From positions 1 to 36,443 of IMG/VR virus record IMGVR_UViG_3300030372_000414: a stretch of 36,443 bases of DNA. The stretch is one strand, 5' to 3'. Below, piece by piece: positions 1 through 10,141 of this stretch; the stretch's first letter is position 1, and each line of letters begins with the position of its first letter. This stretch comes from a virus (taxonomy: Duplodnaviria > Caudoviricetes). A program made the position numbers and the translations under genes. Below the pieces are notes generated by a model. That model ran no database searches and was not told the DNA's origin. It was given only the letters and a program-made list of their open reading frames with translations.

Positions 1-390
1 AAAACGCAACGGAAAGTGAAGTACAGGTAACAGTCAATCGACACTTCGAGTACTCTCGTTTGATCGAAGACATTACTGAAGTACAGGCTTTGGCTTCGTT
101 GCGTCAGTTTTACACTGAAGATGCTGGGTACGCTTTGGCTACTCAGGTTGACTCAGATCTCTCAGCTTTAGGGCCGGGTCTGGGAACTTCAGGTACGACT
201 AGCACGACTTACCTCAACAACGCAGGTACTTTCTTTGTAGACGCTTCAAACGGTCTTTCAACTTATACTGCTGACACGGTAGTTTCCGCTGACGTATTTA
301 CTGACGCTGGTTTCCGTGGCATCATTCAAAAGCTGGATGACCAAGACGTGCCTATGGACAATCGCTTCTTTGTAGTCCCACCTATTGTCC
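1..390. repeat. Terminal overlap, copy 1 (circular assembly redundancy)
   Basis: 1-390 matches 36054-36443 except A380 vs G36433 (CCA/CCG, Pro, synonymous); lies inside the capsid ORF. Confidence 0.97.
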
Positions 391-734
391 GTAACACGAT
401 CATGGGGATTGACCGATACGTAAGCTCAGACTTCGTTAACAGCGGTCAGGTTCCCGGTGGTCAAATTGGTCAGTTATACGGTATTGACGTCTTTGTCAGC
501 ACCAACTGTCCAACTGTTGAGGCCGCTGGAGACAACGGAGCTAGCTCAGTAGACTCTCTAGGTGCTATGCTCCTACACAGAGATGCTATTGTTCTAGTAG
601 AGCAAATGGGTGTTAGATCTCAAACAACTTACAAGCAAGAGTTCCTTGCTAACTTGTTTACCTCAGATATGCTGTACGGCAAAGCTGTACTGCGTCCTGA
701 GTCTGGTCTAACGCTGGTTGTTCCTGCTGGCTAA
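1..734 (+). CDS. Major capsid protein, C-terminal part (gene starts at 35819 and wraps; 322 aa total)
   Basis: In frame with ATG 35819 across the overlap; capsid-like segments FEYSRLIED, RFFVVPP, GQIGQLYGIDVFVS, DMLYGKAVLRPE; follows scaffold gene. Confidence 0.92.
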   Translation, partial: NATESEVQVTVNRHFEYSRLIEDITEVQALASLRQFYTEDAGYALATQVDSDLSALGPGLGTSGTTSTTYLNNAGTFFVDASNGLSTYTADTVVSADVFTDAGFRGIIQKLDDQDVPMDNRFFVVPPIVRNTIMGIDRYVSSDFVNSGQVPGGQIGQLYGIDVFVSTNCPTVEAAGDNGASSVDSLGAMLLHRDAIVLVEQMGVRSQTTYKQEFLANLFTSDMLYGKAVLRPESGLTLVVPAG

Positions 735-742
735 CACCAACT

Positions 743-781
743 AAGCTGATGGGGTTACTTTCGGGTAGCCCCTAAGCTTTT
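743..781 (+). terminator. Rho-independent terminator after capsid gene
   Basis: GGGGTTACT-TTCG-GGTAGCCCC hairpin (751-772), flanking AAGCT/AGCTT extension, then TTTT. Confidence 0.8.
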
Positions 782-796
782 ACACAGAGGAGATGA

Positions 797-1144
797 ATGC
801 TACAGTCTTTGATAGGGCCAATAACCAATCTAGTCGGTTCTTATTTTCAAAATAAAGCTAACGAGAAAAAGGCTGTACATGAGTCGAAGATGAGGCGTAT
901 AGAGACTGACGCTGATTGGGAAACCATGCAAGCTCAGGGATCTCAGTCCTCATGGAAAGATGAGTGGTTTGCTGTTATACTCAGCTTGCCACTCATTTGT
1001 GCTTTTATACCTAGCATGGTTCCTTACGTGCAGGAAGGTTTTAACGTGCTGGCTACCATGCCTGACTACTACAAAGTATTCCTAGGTGGTGCAATATCAG
1101 CTAGCTTTGGCATCAAGACTTTATCTACATGGGGTAAAAAGTAG
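797..1144 (+). CDS. Putative holin (3TM holin-like membrane protein)
   Basis: SSWKDEW motif followed by two hydrophobic segments and a basic C-terminus; SD GAGGAG. Confidence 0.6.
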   Translation: MLQSLIGPITNLVGSYFQNKANEKKAVHESKMRRIETDADWETMQAQGSQSSWKDEWFAVILSLPLICAFIPSMVPYVQEGFNVLATMPDYYKVFLGGAISASFGIKTLSTWGKK

Positions 1145-3876
1145 TGGCTAACGGCTTCTCATCTTTCGCTTACAGTGACCCTTTTGCAGACGAGGCTTCC
1201 CTAAGTCTTTTAGGAGGGAGGATACTTGACGATTCTGAAGATGACACTGAGCAGGAAGAGGGTGGCCCACCTAAGCTAACTACAGCACAACTAGCTAGAC
1301 TACGAGAGCTAGTAAAGAATATGCCTCGCTTCTATGGGGCAGACGAGTCAGGAATGACTGCCACAGGATCTACTGATCCTAGTGGTATGGAAGGTGCTGA
1401 TGTAGAAGCTGCCTACACTAATTACTTTGAGGAACTAAAAGCATACAATGCTGTAATCAATCAGTTCCTAGAAGATGAAGGTATACCTAGGTTTTACAAA
1501 GATGACAAAGGTAGGACTCTTTTTTTAAATATAGGTGATCCGGGCCAGCCTAGTTCCTTTACGGATATGTACCATTCAGGTGAGTATGATCCTCAGCAAA
1601 CTGCTGGTAACTATATGCAGGAGGGAGCAGTAGGTGAGTACGGGACTATATTTGATAAAACTGGGTCAGGTATTGAAGTTACCGATATAGCGTTAGGAAT
1701 AATAGCTGCAGGTCTTCCCATACCTATTCCGGGTGCAGGAGAACTTGCAGGTGGAAGTTTAATATATCAAACAGGAACCGATGAAGACCCTGCTGACGAT
1801 TACTTATCTGGTGAAGGAATAAACCCTTATCTTGCTTATTTAACAGGTAAAGGTTTATCTCAACAAGAAGAAGAAGAAGAGGAAGACACAACGACAGTAG
1901 ACGCTACTCAAGGTTTCTTAAATACTCTTAATACTGCTGAAGAAGCTTTACAAAACGCAGACGATGAAGTAACTACAGCTACTGAAGCTCTTAAAGAAAG
2001 TGATAAAAGCTATGATGAGACTATAGCTTCTTTTGAAGAGCTGATACAAAAAGAAAAAAATAGAAGAGGCGTTTTTTACAAAAACTCTGCTTACTACAAA
2101 TCTTTAAACAATAGGCTTGAAAAAGCTAAATTAGACAAACAAAACGAAGCTACTAAGCTACGACAAACTATAGCTGCTGCACAAACAGAACGTGATAATG
2201 CTAGAAAAGCAGCAAGAATAGCTCAGAAAGATTATGATGATTCTGTAAAGCTAAAGCAAGCAGCGGATCAAAGAAAAGCACAACAAGACGCTAGAGATAA
2301 AACTGTAGCTGAACAAGCTGCTCAATCATACATAGAGGAGTTAAGACAGGCTCAGATAACTGCAACTAACAATACTATTGAATCAAATTTACCCGGCTAT
2401 AACAGCCCTACAGAAGAAATAGTAGATAAACTTGGAGAAAGTCTTTATCAGCCGGGAATGTCTTTAGACCAGTTTATTGAAGCAGCTTATAATATTGCTT
2501 TTGCAGGGCTAAGGCCAGATCAAGTATCTGTTAAACAAAAGCTGAGACTTCAAGACATAGCTTCAAGTGCTTATGAAAGAGTTCCGAAAACAACAATAGT
2601 AAAACTAGGAGAAACTCAGGAAGATACTGTATCTGGAGTAGTAGCTGATGCTGATTCCAGTATTACAGAAGTAGAACCAACACCAGAAACTATATTAGAA
2701 AATACGACAGAACCTACTGAAACTACTGTTGAATTTGAAGATTTTGAGCCTGATGAGTTTGAATTAGATATTGAAGATCCTTTTATTACCGAACCTACTG
2801 AAAGTTTATTAGAGTCTACTGCTTCTAGTGATCCCTCAACTGAAGTTACGGAAGTTACAATAGACGAAGATCCTTTATTAGCTTCTACAGAAGAATTAGA
2901 AGTAAATCCTGTTGTAGTTTTCGGAGAAGTAGAGGAACCTGAACCAGTAGTTGTTGAACCGACTGCTTCTTCTATACCTACAGTTTTAGAAATTTTGTCT
3001 GGTACTTCAGGCTCAGTAGGAGGATTAGGAGGTTCTACCGGCGGTGCAGGAATGTTAGGAGGCAGTCCAGAAGAAGGGACTGTTGGCACTACTACAGAAG
3101 ATATTGTTTCTGGATTAGAAGATTCTTCAGTAGATTCTGTAGGAACAACCACGACAACTGGAGATACAGGTGTTGGGTCAGGAACAGAAACAATAGGAAC
3201 AGACGTAACTGAGGGTACAGGGACTACTACAGGAACAGGTGTTTCTGAAGTAGGTACTACTACAGGTACAGGAACAGGAGCAGGAGTAGGAGCAGGTGCA
3301 GGTGCTGGCACAGGAGTAGGAACTACGGCTGGTGTAGAAACAGGAGCCGGTGTTGGGACTGGAACAGGCGTTGCTACAGGCACAGGAGAAACTTCAGTTC
3401 CTATGGCTGAAACAGGTACAGGAACTACTGTTGAAACGACAGAAGAAACTGACTTTAGCGATATTGGAGAAGAAGCTGAAGAAAGTATTTTTGAGGATAC
3501 TACTGGAGAAACGGTAGAGGAAGTACTAGAAGAAGCTGAAGAAGTTTTAGAAAGAACAGAAGAAGAAGAAACAACTGAAGCAGAAGAAACTCAAGCTACA
3601 GGTGAGGAAGCAGCAGCTTCTGGTGAAGGTGAAGCAACAGGTGAAGGCACTGGAACAGGGCAAGGTTCTGGAGCAGGAGAAGGCGCAGGAGCAGGTTTAG
3701 GTGCTGGGTTGGGGTTAGGCCTAGGTATAGGCTTACTAAGGCCCGGAGGAGTCACACAGTCGCTATTTGAGAACTTTGAGTTTACACCTACATACCAAGC
3801 TCCAGAGTTACTAGACCCACTACCACAAGTAGAGACTCCTAACTTTTTACAAGGATTATTTAGGGACGTAGCATGA
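1144..3876 (+). CDS. Large acidic low-complexity protein (910 aa), probably virion-associated; function unknown
   Basis: Long ORF coupled to both neighbours; coiled-coil block, E/T-rich and G/T-rich tracts; between capsid and tail genes. Confidence 0.75.
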   Translation: MANGFSSFAYSDPFADEASLSLLGGRILDDSEDDTEQEEGGPPKLTTAQLARLRELVKNMPRFYGADESGMTATGSTDPSGMEGADVEAAYTNYFEELKAYNAVINQFLEDEGIPRFYKDDKGRTLFLNIGDPGQPSSFTDMYHSGEYDPQQTAGNYMQEGAVGEYGTIFDKTGSGIEVTDIALGIIAAGLPIPIPGAGELAGGSLIYQTGTDEDPADDYLSGEGINPYLAYLTGKGLSQQEEEEEEDTTTVDATQGFLNTLNTAEEALQNADDEVTTATEALKESDKSYDETIASFEELIQKEKNRRGVFYKNSAYYKSLNNRLEKAKLDKQNEATKLRQTIAAAQTERDNARKAARIAQKDYDDSVKLKQAADQRKAQQDARDKTVAEQAAQSYIEELRQAQITATNNTIESNLPGYNSPTEEIVDKLGESLYQPGMSLDQFIEAAYNIAFAGLRPDQVSVKQKLRLQDIASSAYERVPKTTIVKLGETQEDTVSGVVADADSSITEVEPTPETILENTTEPTETTVEFEDFEPDEFELDIEDPFITEPTESLLESTASSDPSTEVTEVTIDEDPLLASTEELEVNPVVVFGEVEEPEPVVVEPTASSIPTVLEILSGTSGSVGGLGGSTGGAGMLGGSPEEGTVGTTTEDIVSGLEDSSVDSVGTTTTTGDTGVGSGTETIGTDVTEGTGTTTGTGVSEVGTTTGTGTGAGVGAGAGAGTGVGTTAGVETGAGVGTGTGVATGTGETSVPMAETGTGTTVETTEETDFSDIGEEAEESIFEDTTGETVEEVLEEAEEVLERTEEEETTEAEETQATGEEAAASGEGEATGEGTGTGQGSGAGEGAGAGLGAGLGLGLGIGLLRPGGVTQSLFENFEFTPTYQAPELLDPLPQVETPNFLQGLFRDVA

Positions 3877-4526
3877 GCACAACATATTTAACTTTAGTAA
3901 ACAGTGCTCTAAGAAGACTTAGGGAAGACGAGGTATCCGGGGTAGCTAACACAGCTTACTCGAAGATGGTAGGAGACTTTGTAAATGATGCAAAGACTAC
4001 TGTAGAAAACTCACATGATTGGTCAGAGCTACGAAGCACTGTAGTAGTATCTACTTCCAGCGGTACTAACGAGTACACGATTACAGGAAGCGGAGACAGA
4101 ATCAAACTGTACAGTGTTCTTAACGACACCTCTAACTTTTTTGTACGGTACGAAAATCCTACATGGTTTGCTAACGCAGAGTACAACTCTGACACAGTTA
4201 GCGGATCTCCTGAAAAGTACACATTCTCAGGTGTAGATGGGTCTAACAACAGTAAAGTAAAGTTGTACCCTACTCCTGATGCTACTTACTCATTACGCTT
4301 TGATGTACTGATTAGACCGGGAGACTTGTCTGCTGACTCAGATACGATAGTAATACCTGAGAAACCGATAGTACATTTAGCCGTAGCTTTACTAGCTAGG
4401 GAACGTGGAGAAACAGGAGGTACGACAGCACAGGACTACTTTGCTTTAGCTGACACTGCTTTGTCAGATGCTATTGCACATGACGCATATAAAAATCCTG
4501 AAGAGTATATTTACAGACCTGTATAA
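3873..4526 (+). CDS. Tail adaptor / tail tubular protein A-like
   Basis: N-terminal YLTLVNSALRRLRE helix and LYPTPD motif typical of podovirus adaptors; size and position. Confidence 0.7.
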   Translation: MSTTYLTLVNSALRRLREDEVSGVANTAYSKMVGDFVNDAKTTVENSHDWSELRSTVVVSTSSGTNEYTITGSGDRIKLYSVLNDTSNFFVRYENPTWFANAEYNSDTVSGSPEKYTFSGVDGSNNSKVKLYPTPDATYSLRFDVLIRPGDLSADSDTIVIPEKPIVHLAVALLARERGETGGTTAQDYFALADTALSDAIAHDAYKNPEEYIYRPV

Positions 4527-6049
4527 TGGCACAGCAACGACAAGTAATATACATAGGTGCTCCGGGTTTCAGAGGACTGAATACTCAAGACTCACCTGTT
4601 AATCAGGATCCGTCCTTTGCATCCATAGCGGAAAATGCTATAATAGATAAGTTTGGTAGGATTGGTGCTAGGAAAGGTATAAACAAAGTAACTAGCTCTT
4701 TGACAGCCTTAGGGTCTAGCATAGGCACTGAAAGCGTAAAAGAGTTTATAGCTTTAGATGGCGGTAAGAAAGTATACTCCGCTGGTAACAATAAGATATT
4801 TAGTGGTACTACCTCGCTAACTGATGAAACTCCGGGTGGTTACACAATATCTGCAAACAACTGGAAGATGGTCAACTTTAATGACCATATGTATTTTTTC
4901 CAGACAGGCCATGCTCCGTTAATATATCAGGACGGAGGCACGTTAGAGACTATAGCTAGTCACTCAGGAGCGTCAGGTACACCACCAAACGCTAATGAAG
5001 CTATAGCAGGGTTTGGTAGAATATGGGCTGCTGATGTGAGTGGAGACAGGAATACACTGTTCTTCTCTGACACACTAGACGGCACTGATTGGAACTCAGG
5101 CACGTCAGGTAGCCTAGACGTTAAAACTGTATGGCCTACAGGTTTTGACGAGATTGTAGCACTAGCTACACACAATAACTTTTTAGTTATATTTGGTAAG
5201 AAGTCGATACTTTTGTACTCAGGTGCAAGTGCTCCAGCATCGATGACCCTAGCAGACAGCGTAACAAATATAGGCTGTATAGCTAGAGACAGTGTACAGA
5301 ACACAGGAACAGACGTAATCTTTTTGTCTGACTCAGGAGTTAGAAGTTTAGGTAGAACAATACAGGAAAAGTCAGCACCGATAGGAGACATATCTAAAAA
5401 CGTCAGGGACGAGTTGATGTCTGACGTAAATACTGAAACACTTAACATAAAATCAGTGTTTAGTCCAGAGGAGGCTTTCTATCTTTTGTTCTTACCTACT
5501 ACGTCTAAAGTGTACTGCTTTGATATGCGAGGTACACTGGAGGACGGTAGCCATAGGGTAACTACATGGCCTAACACTAAGATACTGTGTGCAGACAGGA
5601 TAGATGACGGTACATTACATTTTGGTTCTGCAAAGGGCATAGGTAAGTACAGCGACTTTTTAGATGACGCAACGCCTTATGTTATGAAGTACTACACAAA
5701 TCCGTTATCCTACGGAGATGCTTCAAGACTAAAGATGTTGAAGGAAATAGATTTTACAGTAATCGGAGGCCAGAATACTTCTGTAGTTGTTAACTGGGGT
5801 TATGATTATAAGGAAGCGTACACAAAACAGACAGCAACATTGTCTGACGCTAAGATAGCGGAGTACGGCGTTTCAGAATATAACGTAGCAGACTCAGAAT
5901 ACAGTGCATCAATTATTATTGACAGTGCACAAATCAAAGCAACAGGGACAGGTAAAGTAGCTACCATAGGTATAGACGCAACAATAAATGGGAAGTCTTT
6001 ATCAATACAGGAGTTAAAGACGGAAGCTTTAATAGGTAAGTTAATATGA
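4526..6049 (+). CDS. Tail nozzle / tail tubular protein B-like (P22 gp10-like)
   Basis: FRGLNT N-terminus, GCIARDSV and FLSDSGVRSL beta-propeller-like motifs; follows adaptor. Confidence 0.7.
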   Translation: MAQQRQVIYIGAPGFRGLNTQDSPVNQDPSFASIAENAIIDKFGRIGARKGINKVTSSLTALGSSIGTESVKEFIALDGGKKVYSAGNNKIFSGTTSLTDETPGGYTISANNWKMVNFNDHMYFFQTGHAPLIYQDGGTLETIASHSGASGTPPNANEAIAGFGRIWAADVSGDRNTLFFSDTLDGTDWNSGTSGSLDVKTVWPTGFDEIVALATHNNFLVIFGKKSILLYSGASAPASMTLADSVTNIGCIARDSVQNTGTDVIFLSDSGVRSLGRTIQEKSAPIGDISKNVRDELMSDVNTETLNIKSVFSPEEAFYLLFLPTTSKVYCFDMRGTLEDGSHRVTTWPNTKILCADRIDDGTLHFGSAKGIGKYSDFLDDATPYVMKYYTNPLSYGDASRLKMLKEIDFTVIGGQNTSVVVNWGYDYKEAYTKQTATLSDAKIAEYGVSEYNVADSEYSASIIIDSAQIKATGTGKVATIGIDATINGKSLSIQELKTEALIGKLI

Positions 6050-9000
6050 CAAACTATTCTAAAACCACTAACTTTACAGCTAAAGATTCTTTAGTCTCTG
6101 GAGACTCTAATAAAATAGTTAGAGGAGCAGAAATTGACACAGAGTTTGATAACATATCTACGGCGGTTGCTACGAAGTCTGACATCGCCAGCCCGACATT
6201 CACAGGAGTTGTTTCATTTCCTGACGGTTCTGCTGGGAATCCCTCTATTACTAATACTGGTGATACTAACAGTGGTTTATTCTTTAGCGCAGCCGATACT
6301 TTGGCTTTTACTGCTGCTGGCACAGCACAGTTCACAATGGCTGATGGAGTCATCGCACCTGTTACAGATAATGATGTAGACCTAGGTACAAGCTCACTTG
6401 AGTTTAAAGATGCTTACTTTGATGGTACAGTACACACTGACGCTATCAACTTAGACGGTACAGATATCACAGCTACGGCAGCTGAACTTAACATCATGGA
6501 CGGTGTGACTGCTACTGCTTCTGAGTTAAACATCCTAGACGGCGTAACGTCAACTGCAGCAGAGCTAAACATTTTAGATGGAGTTACTGCGACTACGGCA
6601 GAACTCAATATCATGGACGGTGTAACGTCTACAACTGCTGAACTCAACATCCTAGACGGTAAAGCGTTTCTCGATGAAGACGATATGTCTTCCAACAGTG
6701 CCACAGGTATCGCTTCCCAGCAGTCAATTAAAGCTTACGTAGACGCACAGATAACTGCAGAAGACTTAGACGTTACTTCAGACAGCGGTACGATTGCTAT
6801 TGACCTAGATAGCGAAACACTAACCATCGCTGGTGGTGAAGGTATTGATACGTCCGCTACAAGCAACACAGTTACCATTGCTGCTGAAGAGGCAACTACG
6901 TCAAACAAAGGTGTAGCTTCTTTTGATTCTAATGACTTTACAGTATCTAGTGGTGCAGTTAGCCTAGCTACGACTTCCACAGCAGCAGAACTAAATATCC
7001 TAGATGGTGCTACTTTAAGCACAGCAGAACTTAACATACTCGATGGAGTAACGAGCACTACTGCAGAGCTAAATATCCTAGATGGAGTTACGTCTACTGC
7101 AGCAGAACTAAATATTCTTGATGGTGTGACAAGCACAGCTGCTGAACTAAACATTCTTGATGGCGTTACGGCTACAACAGCAGAACTTAACATCCTTGAC
7201 GGTGTTACTTCTACAGCAGCAGAGTTAAATATATTAGATGGTAAAGCTTTTCTTGACGAAGACGATATGTCTTCAAATAGTGCTACAGGTATTGCCTCTC
7301 AACAATCTATTAAGGCTTATGTAGACGCACAGATCACCGCTGAAGACCTAGACTTCCAAGCAGACTCTGGTGGTGCATTAAGCATAGACTTAGACTCAGA
7401 GACCCTTACGTTTACTGGTGGTACTGGTATAGACACCAGTGGTTCGGGTAATGCTGTGACCTTTGCTATCGATAGCACTGTAGCAACTCTTACCGGCTCA
7501 CAAACGCTAACCAATAAATCACTAACTGCACCTACGCTTACAGGTACGGCTGTAGTGGCTTCTTTAGACATCTCAGGCGACATAGACGTAGACGGCACAA
7601 CCAACCTCGATGGATTAACGGTAGACGGTAATGCTCGTATTGAAGAATTAGGGGCTATAGCCAAAATAACACTTGAGCGTGGCGGTTCAGCTAACGCCGC
7701 TGATAGCGCGGCGGTGGATTTGCTAGAGACTAACGCTGGATCTGAGGGCGCAAATTTTGGTGATGCGGCTACAAACGGTTTTAGGCTAAAACTTGATGGA
7801 AGCGCAAACGACTTTTTAATTCAGTCGGGTGCTGCTGGAACAGTAGCTACTAGATTTGGAATTGATAGAGACTCTGGTGAAGTTACTATCAATGATCCCG
7901 GTAATTCTACTGCTGATTTTAGAGTGGAGTCAGACGGCAACGCTAATATGCTGTTTGTGGATGCTGGTAATGATCATGTAAACATCGGTACGTCCACAGA
8001 TTTAGGTGGCGTGTTAAATGTTTTTGGCACTGGCGCGGGTAACGCAAGGGTTGTCATTGAAGGTGAAAGCAGCGCGGACCCTTATATAAACTTCCTCGCT
8101 AATAACACCACTCACTTTTCTATAGGTATCGATGACAGCGACAGCGACTCATTTAAAATAAGTCAAAACTCTGCTCTTGGCACTAATGATTTTTTTACGC
8201 TCACTACTGACGGTGGTGTAATCCTTGATAGGTCTGATAACGGAGATAATCTTACCCTAAGAACTTCAGACACAGATGCGTCTACTGGCCCTATTCTTAA
8301 TCTAAATAGAAACTCAGCTAGTCCAGCAGATAACGATTATATTGGTGAGATCAAATTTGATGGGCGTAATGATGCCGGTCAAGCGGTAACTTATGCGGGT
8401 TTTGCTGGGCGGATACTAGACGCTTCAGATGGAACAGAAGATGGCCGTTTTGAGTTGTACACGAAGTTGGCTGGTGCTCAAATCTCAAGGTTTTTAGCCA
8501 GTGATGAAACCGTCATCAACGAAGACTCCGTAGATTTAAATTTTAGGGCAGAAAGCAACAACGAAGCATTTATGTTGTTTGTTGATGCGGGGAATGACCG
8601 GATTGGGATGGGGATTTCCACACCAGACTGCCGTTTACATGTGAGGGACGGAGACGCAGGAGGAGTAACCGCTGCAACAAATTCTGTTTTGTGTCTCGAA
8701 TCAAACGGTGATGCTCTTCTTCAGTTTTTAACTCCAAATGCTAACGGCCAACAAATACGTTTCGGTGATCCTCAAGACACTGGCGCAGGATTTATAAATT
8801 ACGATCATAATACAAGCGTCATGTCCTTCGGGGTTAACGGCCCCTCAAGAATGTCCATAAATAGCTCTGGCAGCGTATCAATGCCAAATCTTAGTTCGGG
8901 TGCTGGAAACGCTGATCTTAGATATAACACTGGAAACGGCGATATAACTTACGATACATCAAGCAGACTTGTAAAAGAAAACATAGAAGATATTCCTTAT

Positions 9001-9288
9001 GGGTTAGAAGCTGTTAAAAATCTTTCACCAAAAAAATATAAAAGAACAGACGGCGACAAAAATGTAGAGGTTGGTTTTATTGCTGATGAAGTTGTGGAAG
9101 TAGTTCCAGAGCTTGTTGGGATGATGGCTAAATCAGTATTTACCGAAGAAGAATCAGATACAGAGGAGATAGCAGGATCTGTTAATTATAGCAAACTTAC
9201 AGCGGTGTTAGTAAAAGCAATCCAAGAGCAGCAAGAGTTGATAGAAACATTGCAAACAAAAGTAGCTGCATTAGAAGGAGGTAGTTAA
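6046..9288 (+). CDS. Tail fibre with C-terminal intramolecular chaperone (peptidase S74-like)
   Basis: 13-aa repeats; C-terminal SSRLVKENI...GFIADEV...PELV...VNYSKL...LVKAIQE and coiled coil. Confidence 0.85.
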   Translation: MTNYSKTTNFTAKDSLVSGDSNKIVRGAEIDTEFDNISTAVATKSDIASPTFTGVVSFPDGSAGNPSITNTGDTNSGLFFSAADTLAFTAAGTAQFTMADGVIAPVTDNDVDLGTSSLEFKDAYFDGTVHTDAINLDGTDITATAAELNIMDGVTATASELNILDGVTSTAAELNILDGVTATTAELNIMDGVTSTTAELNILDGKAFLDEDDMSSNSATGIASQQSIKAYVDAQITAEDLDVTSDSGTIAIDLDSETLTIAGGEGIDTSATSNTVTIAAEEATTSNKGVASFDSNDFTVSSGAVSLATTSTAAELNILDGATLSTAELNILDGVTSTTAELNILDGVTSTAAELNILDGVTSTAAELNILDGVTATTAELNILDGVTSTAAELNILDGKAFLDEDDMSSNSATGIASQQSIKAYVDAQITAEDLDFQADSGGALSIDLDSETLTFTGGTGIDTSGSGNAVTFAIDSTVATLTGSQTLTNKSLTAPTLTGTAVVASLDISGDIDVDGTTNLDGLTVDGNARIEELGAIAKITLERGGSANAADSAAVDLLETNAGSEGANFGDAATNGFRLKLDGSANDFLIQSGAAGTVATRFGIDRDSGEVTINDPGNSTADFRVESDGNANMLFVDAGNDHVNIGTSTDLGGVLNVFGTGAGNARVVIEGESSADPYINFLANNTTHFSIGIDDSDSDSFKISQNSALGTNDFFTLTTDGGVILDRSDNGDNLTLRTSDTDASTGPILNLNRNSASPADNDYIGEIKFDGRNDAGQAVTYAGFAGRILDASDGTEDGRFELYTKLAGAQISRFLASDETVINEDSVDLNFRAESNNEAFMLFVDAGNDRIGMGISTPDCRLHVRDGDAGGVTAATNSVLCLESNGDALLQFLTPNANGQQIRFGDPQDTGAGFINYDHNTSVMSFGVNGPSRMSINSSGSVSMPNLSSGAGNADLRYNTGNGDITYDTSSRLVKENIEDIPYGLEAVKNLSPKKYKRTDGDKNVEVGFIADEVVEVVPELVGMMAKSVFTEEESDTEEIAGSVNYSKLTAVLVKAIQEQQELIETLQTKVAALEGGS
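6466..6660 (+). repeat. Five 39-bp/13-aa repeats (VTSTAAELNILDG-type)
   Basis: Read from translation. Confidence 0.9.
6970..7242 (+). repeat. Seven 39-bp/13-aa repeats (VTSTAAELNILDG-type)
   Basis: Read from translation. Confidence 0.9.
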
Positions 9289-9290
9289 AA

Positions 9291-9653
9291 ATGGCAATAA
9301 CAACAACATGGAGCGTCAACAACATGACGCACGTTGACGCAGATGGTGGGGTAATACTCGTGTACTGGCAACTTTTAGCAGCTAGTGATGCAGGGGGTGG
9401 TGAGTCAGCTACTGATGGTGGTAAAAATCGTTTTGAGTATGATGCGTCAAGCAGTGATTTTATCAGGTATGACGATCTAAAAGAGAGCGATGTTTTAGGT
9501 TGGGTCTATGATGCCAACAAAGGGGAAGGTTCTGGTGGTCCAGCAGACGAGACAGCAGACGAGTATAAAGCTAGAATTGAGGCTGAACGTACAGCTAAAG
9601 TTCAGGCACAGATTGATCGAAATACTGCACAATCAGAGGGAGTACCTTGGTAA
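9291..9653 (+). CDS. Tail-fibre-associated protein (possible fibre chaperone)
   Basis: Directly after fibre; FIRYDDLKESDVLGWV and terminal GVPW; SD AAGGAGG. Confidence 0.55.
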   Translation: MAITTTWSVNNMTHVDADGGVILVYWQLLAASDAGGGESATDGGKNRFEYDASSSDFIRYDDLKESDVLGWVYDANKGEGSGGPADETADEYKARIEAERTAKVQAQIDRNTAQSEGVPW

Positions 9654-9655
9654 CA

Positions 9656-9829
9656 ATGGACGCTGAACAAAAGCTACATTCCCATGAACGTGAGTGTGCT
9701 TTACGTTACGAGATGATAGAAAAACGTCTTGACGAGGGTTCACAAAAGATGCGTAGGTTAGAAATGATGATAATAGGTGTATATCCCTTTATCGTTGCTT
9801 CAGTGTTTTTAGCACACTTTTTAAATTAG
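9656..9829 (+). CDS. Small coiled-coil protein with C-terminal TM helix
   Basis: HERECALRY motif, coiled coil, then MIIGVYPFIVASVFLA; ATG 9656 preferred over TTG 9647. Confidence 0.6.
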   Translation: MDAEQKLHSHERECALRYEMIEKRLDEGSQKMRRLEMMIIGVYPFIVASVFLAHFLN

Positions 9830-9838
9830 GAGAAAACA

Positions 9839-10141
9839 ATGAGTGATGGTACTATCCGTATTCCACAGTGGGCCTTACCTCTAGGTGCTGGAGCATTTGC
9901 TATAGCAGTATCGTGGGGTGTACTTCAAGCTAATACGGCTCATGCTGCATCAGACAGAGAACGCATAGAATCTATAGCGGAGGAAGCTGCAAAAAAGGCA
10001 GTAGCCAATGGACAGCAAGTGGCTGTCAATACAACCAAACTGGAAGTAATCGTGCAGTCCCTCAGCGAACAGAAGGAAATTCAGAGCAAGACAAACGAAC
10101 AGATAGCCCAGCTTGTACAGGCTCTGTTGGCGAAGAACTGA
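9839..10141 (+). CDS. N-terminal TM plus coiled-coil protein (i-spanin-like topology)
   Basis: WALPLGAGAFAIAVSWGVL hydrophobic segment then heptad-rich region; SD AGGAG. Confidence 0.65.
   Translation: MSDGTIRIPQWALPLGAGAFAIAVSWGVLQANTAHAASDRERIESIAEEAAKKAVANGQQVAVNTTKLEVIVQSLSEQKEIQSKTNEQIAQLVQALLAKN

Noticed and set aside
1-390. Biological direct terminal repeat
   Set aside because: Falls mid-capsid gene; better explained as circular assembly overlap
2616-3383. 255-aa Pro/Val-rich antisense ORF
   Set aside because: Shadow of the Gly/Thr low-complexity plus-strand gene; no independent support
6054-7664. Antisense ORFs with SSAAV repeats
   Set aside because: Mirror of tail-fibre repeats
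6046-9288. Diversity-generating retroelement target
   Set aside because: No reverse transcriptase; duplicate differences are synonymous and not adenine-specific
10012-10029. ASGC as lipobox of an embedded Rz1-like o-spanin
   Set aside because: No start codon or hydrophobic signal immediately upstream in that frame
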